NCBI GenBank assembly: GCA_038851755.1
Contig: JAWCKR010000001.1
Location: 53,637-117,636 of the forward strand
Source of the DNA: Candidatus Hadarchaeales archaeon
Lineage (GTDB): Archaea > Hadarchaeota > Hadarchaeia > Hadarchaeales > WYZ-LMO6
DNA length: 64,000 bases
Reading direction: 5' to 3'
A program made the translations under genes and the position numbers. Under the pieces are notes generated by a model, which ran no database searches, was not told where the DNA came from, and saw only the letters and a list, made by a program, of their open reading frames with translations. Positions within the stretch are counted from its first letter, which is position 1. Each line of letters opens with the position of its first letter. Shown here piece after piece: positions 13,874-22,349 of this stretch.

Positions 13874-14665
13874 TTATCTCCTTAAATTCTCCACTATGGA
13901 AGAGAAGATCTTTCTCCCGTCGCCCCACTCGGGAGGAGAATCACCCCCCGTCCAGTCGGGAAGCTGCCAGCCGAAGACCGCCCTCTCCGGATGGGGCATC
14001 AGGCCCATGATCCTGCCCGTGGAGTCGCATATGCCTGCAATATCGAAGAAGGACCCGTTGGGGTTCACCGGGTACCTCCCGCCCGCTGGCCTCCCCCTCC
14101 GGTCGCAGTACCTGAAGACCAGCTGATCCTTCTCACGGAGCTTCCTCAGGTACTCCTTCTCCCTGCCCGCCGGGAAAAGGAACTTCCCCTCCGCATGCGC
14201 CACGGGCATCCTCACCACCTCCCCCTTCCTCATCCCCCTCGTGAAGAGGCACTTCCCGCCGTTCTCCACCCTCAGATATGTCCACCTGCACTCGAACTTC
14301 GCCGAGTTGTTGAGGGCAAGGGCCGCCTGCACCTCCCCCCACTTGAAGCCTGGCAGGAGACCCGCCTCCACCAGCACCTGAAAGCCGTTGCAGATCCCCA
14401 GGATGGCCCCTCCTCCCTCCACGAACTCCCTAAGGACGGGGAGCATCCTCCCGGCAAGCTCCTTGCCCATGATCGCACCTGCCCTCACCCTGTCCCCGAA
14501 GGAGAAGCCACCGGGAATCACCAGCACGTCGTATCCCCTCAGTCCCTCCTCCAGCATCCTCCTGAAGTGGACCAGCTCCACCTCCGCACCAGCCTCCTCC
14601 AGAGCAACCTTCGTCTCGCCGTCGCAGTTGGTCCCGCCCGCCCTCACGACACAGGCCCTCACCAC
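13874..14665 (-). CDS. purQ: Phosphoribosylformylglycinamidine synthase subunit PurQ (glutaminase)
   Basis: VVRACVVRAGGTNCDGE...ILGICNGFQVLVEAGLLPG...MPHPER is a class-I glutamine amidotransferase triad. GTG start overlaps the purL stop (gcGTGGTGAgg). The track ORF (to 14986) is a Gly-rich over-extension running into purL. Confidence 0.9.
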   Translation of the reverse strand: MVRACVVRAGGTNCDGETKVALEEAGAEVELVHFRRMLEEGLRGYDVLVIPGGFSFGDRVRAGAIMGKELAGRMLPVLREFVEGGGAILGICNGFQVLVEAGLLPGFKWGEVQAALALNNSAKFECRWTYLRVENGGKCLFTRGMRKGEVVRMPVAHAEGKFLFPAGREKEYLRKLREKDQLVFRYCDRRGRPAGGRYPVNPNGSFFDIAGICDSTGRIMGLMPHPERAVFGWQLPDWTGGDSPPEWGDGRKIFSSIVENLRR

Positions 14666-17010
14666 GCCGGATTCCTCCAGGCCTTCCTCAGCTCCTCCGC
14701 CCCCACCGTCCACCCACCTCCCTTCCCCCTGAACCTCAGTACCCCTTCCCCCACCACGTGCCCTATCCTCGCAGCTCTCCCCCCCGTCATCTCCCTGAAC
14801 TCCTCCTCCCTTTCCTCCCTCACCTCCAGCAGGAACCTGCTGTTGGACTCCGAGAAGAGGAGGAAGTCCTCTCTGAGCCTGCCCTCGGAGGGGACCAGCG
14901 AAAGGTCCACCTCCGCCCCCACTTCCCCCCCCAGCACCATTTCGGCCAGGGCTACCCCCAGCCCACCCTCGGAGAGGTCGTGACACGCCCTCACCAGTTC
15001 TCTCCCCACGGCCTCCTCCACCACCTCCAGGTTCCTTCTGGCCTCCCCCAGTCTCACCCTGGGCACGCTCCTTCCGAGGTAACCGAACAGGGCATAGTAC
15101 TCAGAACCACCCAGCTCCGGGAAGGTGGTTCCCACTAGGTAGAGGGGATCCCCCTCCCTCTTCAGCTCCACGGAAACGGCTCTTCTCACCTCCGGTATCA
15201 CACCCACTGCCGTGATCAGGAGGGTGGGGGTCACAGGACCCAGCGGTGACTCGTTGTACAGGCTGTCCTTTCCCGAGATGAAGGGGGTACCCAGCCCCTT
15301 AGCGAAGCGGTAGCAGGCCTCGCAGGCCCTGACGAGCGAACCGAGCTGCTCCTCCTTCTCGGGGCTCCCCCACACGAAGTTGTCCAGCAGGGCTATCCTC
15401 CTGCCCCCCACGGCCACGTTGTTCCTCACCGCCTCCTCCAGGCTCGAAGCGGCCATCCAGTAAGGATCTATCTTCCCGTACCTGGGCTTCAGCCCGCAGG
15501 AGAGCACCACCCCCTTCTCCGAACCCCTGAGGGGTTTCAGGACCACCCCATCGTTGGGTCCCCCATGCTCCCCCTGCAGGGGCTTCAGAGCGGTGGCCCC
15601 CTGGACCTCGTGGTCGTAGGTCCTGATCACTTCCTCCCTGCTGCAGAGGTTGGGGGAGGAGAGGAGCCTGAGAAGGGCCTTCCTGGGCTCCGGAGGAGAA
15701 AAGCTCGGCTCCTCCAGGGGAGGTGCCCTCCACCTGGCCCTCCTCTCCACCAGCGGAGGAGAGAAGAGGAAGTCCAGATCAAGCTCGGCCACCCTGTGCC
15801 CGCGGTAAAAAACCCTGAGCGGGCCCTTCGTGAACCTTCCGATGGGGGTGGCCTCCACTTCCTCTTCCTCGAAGATCCTCACCACCTCCTCCACGTTCTC
15901 GGGAGGGACGCTCAGGGCCATCCTCTCCTGGGACTCCGAGACCCAGATCTCCCAGGGTTTCATGCCTGGGTACTTCAGCGGAACCTTCTCCAACCAAACC
16001 TCCACCCCGCAGCCGGCCTCCCTCGCCATCTCCCCGCTGGCGCAGGAAATCCCTCCTCCGCCCAGGTCGGTTACGGAGCTGGCCAGGCCCCTCTCCGCTA
16101 TCTCCAGGATCCCCCTCTTGAGTTTTTCCTCTTCTATGGGGTCGGGGATCTGAACGGCCGGCCTGGAGACTTCCTCCGATTCCTCGGAGAGCTCCAGGGA
16201 AGCAAAGGTGACCCCGTGGATGCCGTCCCTGCCCGTCCTTCCTCCCGCCAGGACCAGCAGGTCCCCAGGCCTCGTCCTCTTCACGTAGCTCCTGAGGGGG
16301 AGAAGCCCCACGCACCCGCAGTAGACCACGGGATTGCCCACATAGCTCTCGTCGAAGTATATGGCCCCCGCCACGGTGGGGATGCCCATGTTGTTGCCGT
16401 AAGCCCCTATCCCTGCCACCACCCCCCGGTAGATGTAACGAGGATGCTTGATTCCGGCGGGAAGCCGCTCGTGGGGGAAGCTGAGGGGCCCGAAGCCAAG
16501 CACGTCCAGGCAGGCTATGGGCTTCGCCCACACGCCCAGGATGTCCCTGATCACGCCCCCCACCCCGGTGGCCGCCCCACCGAAGGGCTCGATGGCCGAG
16601 GGATGATTGTGGGTCTCCACCTTAACGGCGAGGGCGTACCCGTCCTCGAACTCCACGATGCCCGCGTTATCCTTGAAGGTGGAGATGCACCAGGGGAGAG
16701 AAAGCTCTTCAGTGACACGGCTTATGAAATCCCTGAAGAGCCTGACCCTTTTCCCCCCCATCCTCACCACCCCCTTGAAGGTCTTGTGGAAGCAGTGCTC
16801 CGACCAAGTCTGGGCGATCCCCTGCAGCTCCACATCGGTGGGGTCCCTGCCTCTCCTGGAGAAGTACCCGCGGCACTCCTCCATCTCCCTCAGGCTCATG
16901 GCCAGGCCCATCTCCCTGCTTATCCTGGAGAGGTCCTCCCTGCCCGCCTCCCGCAACCCTATCTCATAAACCTCGAAGGGGAGCGGGAGCCTCCTGTAAA
17001 GCTCGCTCAA
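14659..17010 (-). CDS. purL: Phosphoribosylformylglycinamidine synthase subunit PurL (FGAM synthase II)
   Basis: 783 aa; ...VETHNHPSAIEPFGGAATGVGGVIRD... and a duplicated AIRS-like domain; typical small-type PurL. Confidence 0.95.
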   Translation of the reverse strand: MSELYRRLPLPFEVYEIGLREAGREDLSRISREMGLAMSLREMEECRGYFSRRGRDPTDVELQGIAQTWSEHCFHKTFKGVVRMGGKRVRLFRDFISRVTEELSLPWCISTFKDNAGIVEFEDGYALAVKVETHNHPSAIEPFGGAATGVGGVIRDILGVWAKPIACLDVLGFGPLSFPHERLPAGIKHPRYIYRGVVAGIGAYGNNMGIPTVAGAIYFDESYVGNPVVYCGCVGLLPLRSYVKRTRPGDLLVLAGGRTGRDGIHGVTFASLELSEESEEVSRPAVQIPDPIEEEKLKRGILEIAERGLASSVTDLGGGGISCASGEMAREAGCGVEVWLEKVPLKYPGMKPWEIWVSESQERMALSVPPENVEEVVRIFEEEEVEATPIGRFTKGPLRVFYRGHRVAELDLDFLFSPPLVERRARWRAPPLEEPSFSPPEPRKALLRLLSSPNLCSREEVIRTYDHEVQGATALKPLQGEHGGPNDGVVLKPLRGSEKGVVLSCGLKPRYGKIDPYWMAASSLEEAVRNNVAVGGRRIALLDNFVWGSPEKEEQLGSLVRACEACYRFAKGLGTPFISGKDSLYNESPLGPVTPTLLITAVGVIPEVRRAVSVELKREGDPLYLVGTTFPELGGSEYYALFGYLGRSVPRVRLGEARRNLEVVEEAVGRELVRACHDLSEGGLGVALAEMVLGGEVGAEVDLSLVPSEGRLREDFLLFSESNSRFLLEVREEREEEFREMTGGRAARIGHVVGEGVLRFRGKGGGWTVGAEELRKAWRNPAW

Positions 17011-17014
17011 CCCC

Positions 17015-17269
17015 TCACCTTCCCAGCTTCCTGACCTCGAAGGAGTAGTCGTCCTTCACCGGGTTGGAGAGGAGCCTCCTGCACATCTCCTCCGTGAGCT
17101 TCCTGGCCTCCTGGAGGCTGGAGGCGGTGAACTCTATCTCGTATACCTTCACCACCCCCACGCGGTGGACCCTGTACCTGAGGTCCTGCAGAGCCTCCTT
17201 GGTGCTCTCCCCCTCCGGGTCCAGGTAGCCTGGCTTCAACCTCACCTCCACCCTGCTCAGATATTTCAT
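17015..17269 (-). CDS. purS: Phosphoribosylformylglycinamidine synthase subunit PurS
   Basis: MKYLSRVEVRLKPGYLDPEGESTKEALQDLRYRVHRVGVVKVYEIEF; ~84 aa PurS fold. ATG at 17269 forms an ATGA overlap with the purM stop. The track ORF is over-extended to 17344. Confidence 0.85.
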   Translation of the reverse strand: MKYLSRVEVRLKPGYLDPEGESTKEALQDLRYRVHRVGVVKVYEIEFTASSLQEARKLTEEMCRRLLSNPVKDDYSFEVRKLGR

Positions 17270-18411
17270 GCCCTCCACCCGTACTCGAACTTTCCGGTTC
17301 CGCTCTTTATGATCACCCGGTTCCCCCCCTTTCCCCTTTCGCACCTCCCTATCACCCCTGCCTCCAGCTTAAATCCCTCCGAAACCCTCACCACCTCCTC
17401 CACGTCCTCCGGGTCCACCACCAGCTCAAAACCCACCCCCATGTTGAACACCTCGTACATCTCCCTCCACTCCACCCTCCCCTCCCTCTGCACGAGGAGG
17501 AAGATGGGATCGGGCTCGGGCAACCGGTCCTTCACATAAACGAGGTTCTTCCCCACCCTCAAACTCTTGGTGAGGCCTCCTCCCGTGTTGTGCACCATGA
17601 GCTTCACCCCTTCCCCCACCCTCTTGAGGATCCTCAGAACTACGGGAGCGAAGACGCGGGTGGGTGAGAGGATGGCCTCCCCCACCGTCATGCCCAGCTC
17701 GTCCAGATAATCGTCGAACCTGAACCTGCCCCGGTAACCCCCCCTGTCCACGAGCTCGGGATACCTCCGGGTGTACTCCCCCCTCATGAGCACGTGCCTG
17801 GCGAGGGTGATGCCGTTGCACATCATGCCGCTGTTTTCCCTCTTCTCGTACCTCGTCCTCCCTCCGCTCCTGAGGCCCACGATCAAATCTCCCGCTTTCA
17901 CCCTCTCCCCCTTCCTCACCTCCGACAACCTCACTCTGGCCGCCAGGACACCGGCGAGGTCCAGCGTCCTCACCTGATCGGGAAGATCCGCCGTCTCCCC
18001 GCCCAGGAAAGGTATCTCCAGCCCCAGGGCCTCCAGCTCCTTGAGGGCCCTCCGGAAGCCGGAAACCAGGTGGAAGAGGAGCTCGCGCTTGGGGAGGAGG
18101 CGGGGGTTGAGGGTGAGGTAGTCCGCGAAGGCGAGGGGGTGGAAGGGACCCACGCAGACCACGTCGTCCACGTTCATGGCCAGGACATCCTGGGCCAGCC
18201 CCTCGAACCAGGACGGGTCCCCGGTCTCCCTCCAGTGGAGGTAGCTCTGCTGGGGCTTGCTCCCCGCCCCATCAGCATGCAGGATCAGCCCCGTCTCCCT
18301 TCCCTCCCTCCCCACCGGGCAGAAGGGTACCAAATCCGCGTCCAGGAGGGAGAGGAAGAGTTCCGTTCCCTCCTTCTTCGCGTCCACTCCTAGGGAACGG
18401 TAGAGGCTCAA
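17266..18411 (-). CDS. purM: Phosphoribosylformylglycinamidine cyclo-ligase (AIR synthetase)
   Basis: 381 aa AIRS/AIRS_C two-domain protein (...GGETADLPD...; ...NTGGGLTKSL...). Position in pur operon. ATGA overlap with the folD stop. Confidence 0.88.
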   Translation of the reverse strand: MSLYRSLGVDAKKEGTELFLSLLDADLVPFCPVGREGRETGLILHADGAGSKPQQSYLHWRETGDPSWFEGLAQDVLAMNVDDVVCVGPFHPLAFADYLTLNPRLLPKRELLFHLVSGFRRALKELEALGLEIPFLGGETADLPDQVRTLDLAGVLAARVRLSEVRKGERVKAGDLIVGLRSGGRTRYEKRENSGMMCNGITLARHVLMRGEYTRRYPELVDRGGYRGRFRFDDYLDELGMTVGEAILSPTRVFAPVVLRILKRVGEGVKLMVHNTGGGLTKSLRVGKNLVYVKDRLPEPDPIFLLVQREGRVEWREMYEVFNMGVGFELVVDPEDVEEVVRVSEGFKLEAGVIGRCERGKGGNRVIIKSGTGKFEYGWRA

Positions 18412-19277
18412 CCCTTTCCCCCCAGCGCCTCCGAGGCCAGGAGGGTGTTGTGGAGGAGCATCACGCGCGTCATGGGGCCCACCCCGCCAGGCACGGGCGC
18501 GAGGTGGGAGGCCTTTCGGCTCACCCCCTCAGGGTCCGCATCCCCCATCAGCTTCCCGCCCACGTAGTTCATGCCCACATCCACCACCACGGCACCCTCC
18601 CCCACCATTTCCTCGGTGAGGATGAAGGAAGGCCTCCTCCCCACCGCCGAGACCAGCAGCTCGGCTTCCCTGGTCCTCTCCTCCAGTTTCTTCGTCTTGG
18701 AGTGGCAGAGGAGGACGCTGGCATCCCTGTCCAAAAGGAGCTTGGCCAGGGGCTTCCCCACCAGGTCACTCCTGTTGATGATGACCGCCAGCTTCCCCCT
18801 CACCTCTATCCTGTACTTGTCCAGCAGCCTCAGGATGCCCTTGGGCGTGCACGGGAGGAGGCTTCTCTCTGGATCGTACTGTCCCTTCCACAGCTTCCCC
18901 ACGTTGTAGGGGTGGAGGCCGTCCACATCCTTTTCTGGGGAGATCTCCTCCACCAGACGCTTCGGGTCAAGGTGGGGAGGAACGGGGAGCTGCACGAAGA
19001 TTCCGTGAACTCTCCTGTCCTCGTTCAGACGGTGGATGAGCCCCTCCAGCTCCCCCTCCTCCACGGAAGAGGGAAAAGCGTGCAGCTCGAAGGAGATTCC
19101 CACCTCCGCGCAGTCCCTCCTCTTCCCCTCCACATAGATCTTGGAGGCCGGGTTGTCCCCCACCAGAAGGGTGGCAAGGGTGGGGGTTATCCCCCTCCTC
19201 TTCAGGCCCGCGACCCTCGCGCGCAGTTCCACCTTAATTTCTTCGGCCAGGGCCTTCCCGTCCATGAGCACGACCAT
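18408..19277 (-). CDS. folD: Bifunctional 5,10-methylene-tetrahydrofolate dehydrogenase / methenyl-THF cyclohydrolase
   Basis: MVVLMDGKALAEEIKVELRARVAGLKRRGITPTLATLLVGDNPASKIYV...VPGGVGPMTRVMLL is a canonical FolD. Confidence 0.9.
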   Translation of the reverse strand: MVVLMDGKALAEEIKVELRARVAGLKRRGITPTLATLLVGDNPASKIYVEGKRRDCAEVGISFELHAFPSSVEEGELEGLIHRLNEDRRVHGIFVQLPVPPHLDPKRLVEEISPEKDVDGLHPYNVGKLWKGQYDPERSLLPCTPKGILRLLDKYRIEVRGKLAVIINRSDLVGKPLAKLLLDRDASVLLCHSKTKKLEERTREAELLVSAVGRRPSFILTEEMVGEGAVVVDVGMNYVGGKLMGDADPEGVSRKASHLAPVPGGVGPMTRVMLLHNTLLASEALGGKG

Positions 19278-19285
19278 GCTCTCCC

Positions 19286-20734
19286 TCAGAAGGAGGGAGT
19301 CGCCTTCTTCCCCAGCCTCTCCGCGTACCTGGAGAGCACCGGGGCCACCTCCCTCTCAAGAAAGCGATCGCACCTCTCCACGGCATCCCCCACATGCCTG
19401 GAGGGGTCGAGGACCTCCTCCAGCTCCTCAGGCGTCAGGAGACGACCCACCACGGGATCCTCCCTCAGAAGGGAAGGCAGGGGATTCTCCCTTCCTTCCC
19501 TGACCCTCTCCCAAGCCTGGAAGGAAAGCTTCCTCAGCCTCTCGTGCATCTCCTGCCTGTTCTCCCCCTTCCTCACCAGAAGCATCAGGAGGGGCTCCAG
19601 GGCGGAGAAGGGGGAGAAGAGCTTGAGGTTGCGGGTGATCATGGCCTGGTTCACCGTCATCCCCTCCACCACCTTCTGATATACCATAAGAACTTCTTCC
19701 ACCGCCAGGAAGCTCTCCGCTATGATCACCCTTCGGTTGGCGGAATCATCCAGGGTGCGCTCGAGAAGGGTGTGGGAGGCGTTCTCCCAGGCCACCCTGG
19801 GCAGGGAGGCCACGTACCTGGCCAGCGAGCACATGCGCTCCGAGAGGACGGGATTGCGCTTGAAGGGCATGGCGGAGGAGCCCACCTGCGCCTCCCCCAG
19901 GGGCTCGGAGAGCTCCCCCCACACGGGTGAGTGCAGGTGCCTGAGGTCGGCCCCGAACTTGTGGGCGCTCTGGGCTATCCCTGCCAGAACGGAGAGGACC
20001 ATGAAGTCCAGCTTCCTGGGGGCGGTCTGCCCCGAGATGGTGAAGTAGGAAAGGCCCAGCTTCTCCATCACCTTGGCCTCAAGCTCCGCAGGTTCGGCCT
20101 TTCCCCCAAGCAACCTCTTGAAGCTGGCGGAGGTTCCCACCGCCCCCTTCACTCCCTTCCCCTTCAGAAACTCTGAGAGCAGAAGCTCCACCGCCCTCAG
20201 GTCGAGGAGGAGGTCCTGGGCGTAGAAAGCCAGCCTGTACCCCACCGTGGTGGGCTCGGCCGGCTGGAGGTGGGTCCAGCCCATGCAGACGGTGGCCCTG
20301 TGCTCCTTTATCCTGAGGGAGAGGGAATGGAGGCAGTTGACCAGCCTGGTGAGGAGGAGGTCGAGGGCCCTCCTCATCCTCAGCACGTCCGCGTTGTCCT
20401 CTATGTCCATCGAGGTGGCCCCGAGGTGGAGCTTCCCTCCCCCTCTGGGACACTGCTGGGAGAAGACCTTGAGCTCCGCCATGAGGTCGTGCCTTATTTC
20501 CTTCTCCACCCTCTGGGAGAGCTCCAGGTCCACATGTTCCTTCCCCGCCTTCTCCCTGATCTCCCTCAGCTCCTCCTCGGAGATCAGACCGTACTCCGCC
20601 TGGGCCTCGGCCAGTGCTTTCCACACCTTCCTCCAGAGGGCCCTGTACTCCAGCTCTGAGAAGAGGGAGCGCATCTCCTCGCTCCCGTATCTCCAAGTGA
20701 AGGGAGACAGAAAGGTACGGTAGTCGAAGCCCAT
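19286..20734 (-). CDS. purB: Adenylosuccinate lyase
   Basis: 482 aa; ...GATSMDIEDNAD..., ...HLQPAEPTTVGYRLA..., signature ...GSSAMPFKRNP... of the fumarase/ASL family. Confidence 0.93.
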   Translation of the reverse strand: MGFDYRTFLSPFTWRYGSEEMRSLFSELEYRALWRKVWKALAEAQAEYGLISEEELREIREKAGKEHVDLELSQRVEKEIRHDLMAELKVFSQQCPRGGGKLHLGATSMDIEDNADVLRMRRALDLLLTRLVNCLHSLSLRIKEHRATVCMGWTHLQPAEPTTVGYRLAFYAQDLLLDLRAVELLLSEFLKGKGVKGAVGTSASFKRLLGGKAEPAELEAKVMEKLGLSYFTISGQTAPRKLDFMVLSVLAGIAQSAHKFGADLRHLHSPVWGELSEPLGEAQVGSSAMPFKRNPVLSERMCSLARYVASLPRVAWENASHTLLERTLDDSANRRVIIAESFLAVEEVLMVYQKVVEGMTVNQAMITRNLKLFSPFSALEPLLMLLVRKGENRQEMHERLRKLSFQAWERVREGRENPLPSLLREDPVVGRLLTPEELEEVLDPSRHVGDAVERCDRFLEREVAPVLSRYAERLGKKATPSF

Positions 20735-20756
20735 TTCTTCCTTCCTCTCCTTGAAA

Positions 20757-20766
20757 GGTTTTTAAC
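20757..20766. promoter_or_regulatory. Shared A/T box (GGTTTTTAAC) centred 28 nt from both divergent start codons (purB ATG 20734, purH ATG 20790)
   Basis: 55-nt divergent spacer. The single TTTTTAA element is equidistant from both ATGs; purine-rich runs (ggaggagagagggggagg / aggagaggaagg) flank it on each side. Confidence 0.4.
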
Positions 20767-20789
20767 TTTGGGGAGGAGAGAGGGGGAGG

Positions 20790-22322
20790 ATGCGGGTCAG
20801 AAACGCCCTGATAAGCGTTTGGGACAAGAGGGATCTGGAGGAGTTCGCGAGGGGTTTGACGGAACTGGGGGTTCAAATCTTCTCGAGCGGGGGAACGGCA
20901 AGGTTTCTGCGGGAGAGGAGGATACCCGTGAAGGAGGTGAGCGAACTCACGGGCTTCCCCGAGATCCTGGACGGAAGGGTCAAGACCCTCCACCCCATCA
21001 TCCACGCCGGCATTCTGGCCAGGAGGGATTTGCCCTCCCACCTGAACACCCTCAGGGAGAAGGGAATCCCCGCCATAGACCTGGTGGCCGTGAACCTCTA
21101 CCCCTTCGTTGAGACCATCAGCAAGGCCGGGGTCACGCTGGAGGAGGCGCTGGAGAACATAGACATAGGGGGACCCGCCATGGTGAGGGCTGCCGCCAAG
21201 AACTACAGGGACGTGATCGTGGTGGTCAGGCCAGAGAGGTACGGGGAGGTCCTGAGGGAGCTGAGGGAGAAGGGGGACCTGAGCGAGGAGAAGAGGCTGG
21301 AGCTGGCCGTGGAGGCCTTCGCCCACACCTCCTCCTACGACTCGTCCGTTCAGGCCTACTTGGCGGGACTGACCCACGACAAAGGATTGCCGCCCTTCCT
21401 GGGGCTGAGCTACAGGAAGGTCTCCGACCTAAGGTACGGGCAGAACCCCCACCAGAGGGGGGCACTCTACACCGAGACCCCTGCCTGGGGAATAGCGAGC
21501 GCCAGGCTCCACCAGGGGAAAGAGCTCTCCTTCAACAACCTGATGGACCTGGATGCCGCCCTGGACCTCCTCAGGGAGTTCGAGGAGACGACGGCGGTGG
21601 TGATCAAGCACACCAACCCCTGCGGGCTGGCCTCGGACCCGGAGGTCAGGAGGGCCTACGTGAAGGCCAGGGAGTGCGACCCCATCTCCGCCTTCGGTGG
21701 GGTGGTGGGGATAAACCGGAGGGTCGACAGGGGAACGGCGGAGGAGATCACCTCCACCTTCATCGAGGCCGTGGTGGCGCCCTCCTACGAACCTGAGGCC
21801 CTGGAGGTGATGAAGAAGAAGACGAACATGAGGGTGCTGGAGCTCCCCTCCTTCGAAAGCAGGGCAAGGCTCCGCTTCAGGCAGATAAGCGGTGGGCTCC
21901 TGGTGGAGGACGAGAACTCCCTCCTCCTGCGCCCCCAGGAGCTCAGGGTGGTCACGGAGAGGAAGCCCACGCCGGAGGAGATGGAACAGCTCCTCTTCGC
22001 CTGGAAGGTGGTGAAGCACGTGAAATCCAACGCCATCGTGGTGGCCAGGGACAAGCAGGCGGTGGGGGTGGGGGCGGGACAAACCAGCAGGGTGGACTCC
22101 ACGGAGATAGCCCTGAAAAAGGCGGGTCCGAGGGCCAGGGGGGCGGTCCTGGCCTCAGACGCCTTCTTCCCCTTCCCCGACTCCGTGCAGAAGGCCGCCG
22201 AGGCTGGAATCACGGCCATCATCCAGCCCGGAGGTTCCATCAGGGACCAGGAGTCCGTGAACGAGGCGAACAGGCACGGGATGGCCATGGTGTTCACCGG
22301 AGTGAGGCACTTCAAGCACTGA
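20790..22322 (+). CDS. purH: Bifunctional AICAR transformylase / IMP cyclohydrolase (bacterial-type PurH)
   Basis: MRVRNALISVWDKRDLEEFARGLTELGVQIFSSGGTARFL... (MGS-like IMPCH domain) plus C-terminal AICARFT domain (...GAGQTSRVDS...); 510 aa. Confidence 0.95.
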   Translation: MRVRNALISVWDKRDLEEFARGLTELGVQIFSSGGTARFLRERRIPVKEVSELTGFPEILDGRVKTLHPIIHAGILARRDLPSHLNTLREKGIPAIDLVAVNLYPFVETISKAGVTLEEALENIDIGGPAMVRAAAKNYRDVIVVVRPERYGEVLRELREKGDLSEEKRLELAVEAFAHTSSYDSSVQAYLAGLTHDKGLPPFLGLSYRKVSDLRYGQNPHQRGALYTETPAWGIASARLHQGKELSFNNLMDLDAALDLLREFEETTAVVIKHTNPCGLASDPEVRRAYVKARECDPISAFGGVVGINRRVDRGTAEEITSTFIEAVVAPSYEPEALEVMKKKTNMRVLELPSFESRARLRFRQISGGLLVEDENSLLLRPQELRVVTERKPTPEEMEQLLFAWKVVKHVKSNAIVVARDKQAVGVGAGQTSRVDSTEIALKKAGPRARGAVLASDAFFPFPDSVQKAAEAGITAIIQPGGSIRDQESVNEANRHGMAMVFTGVRHFKH

Positions 22323-22349
22323 CCCGGCCTCGGGCTCGAAGGGGAAAGA

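Noticed and set aside
14666-14986. Gly-rich N-terminal extension of the purQ ORF (MSRPLRGWAGGSPGRNGAGGGSGGGGG...).
   Set aside because: It lies inside the purL coding region in another frame. A conserved PurQ N-terminus begins at the GTG overlapping the purL stop, so this is a classic GC-rich over-extension.
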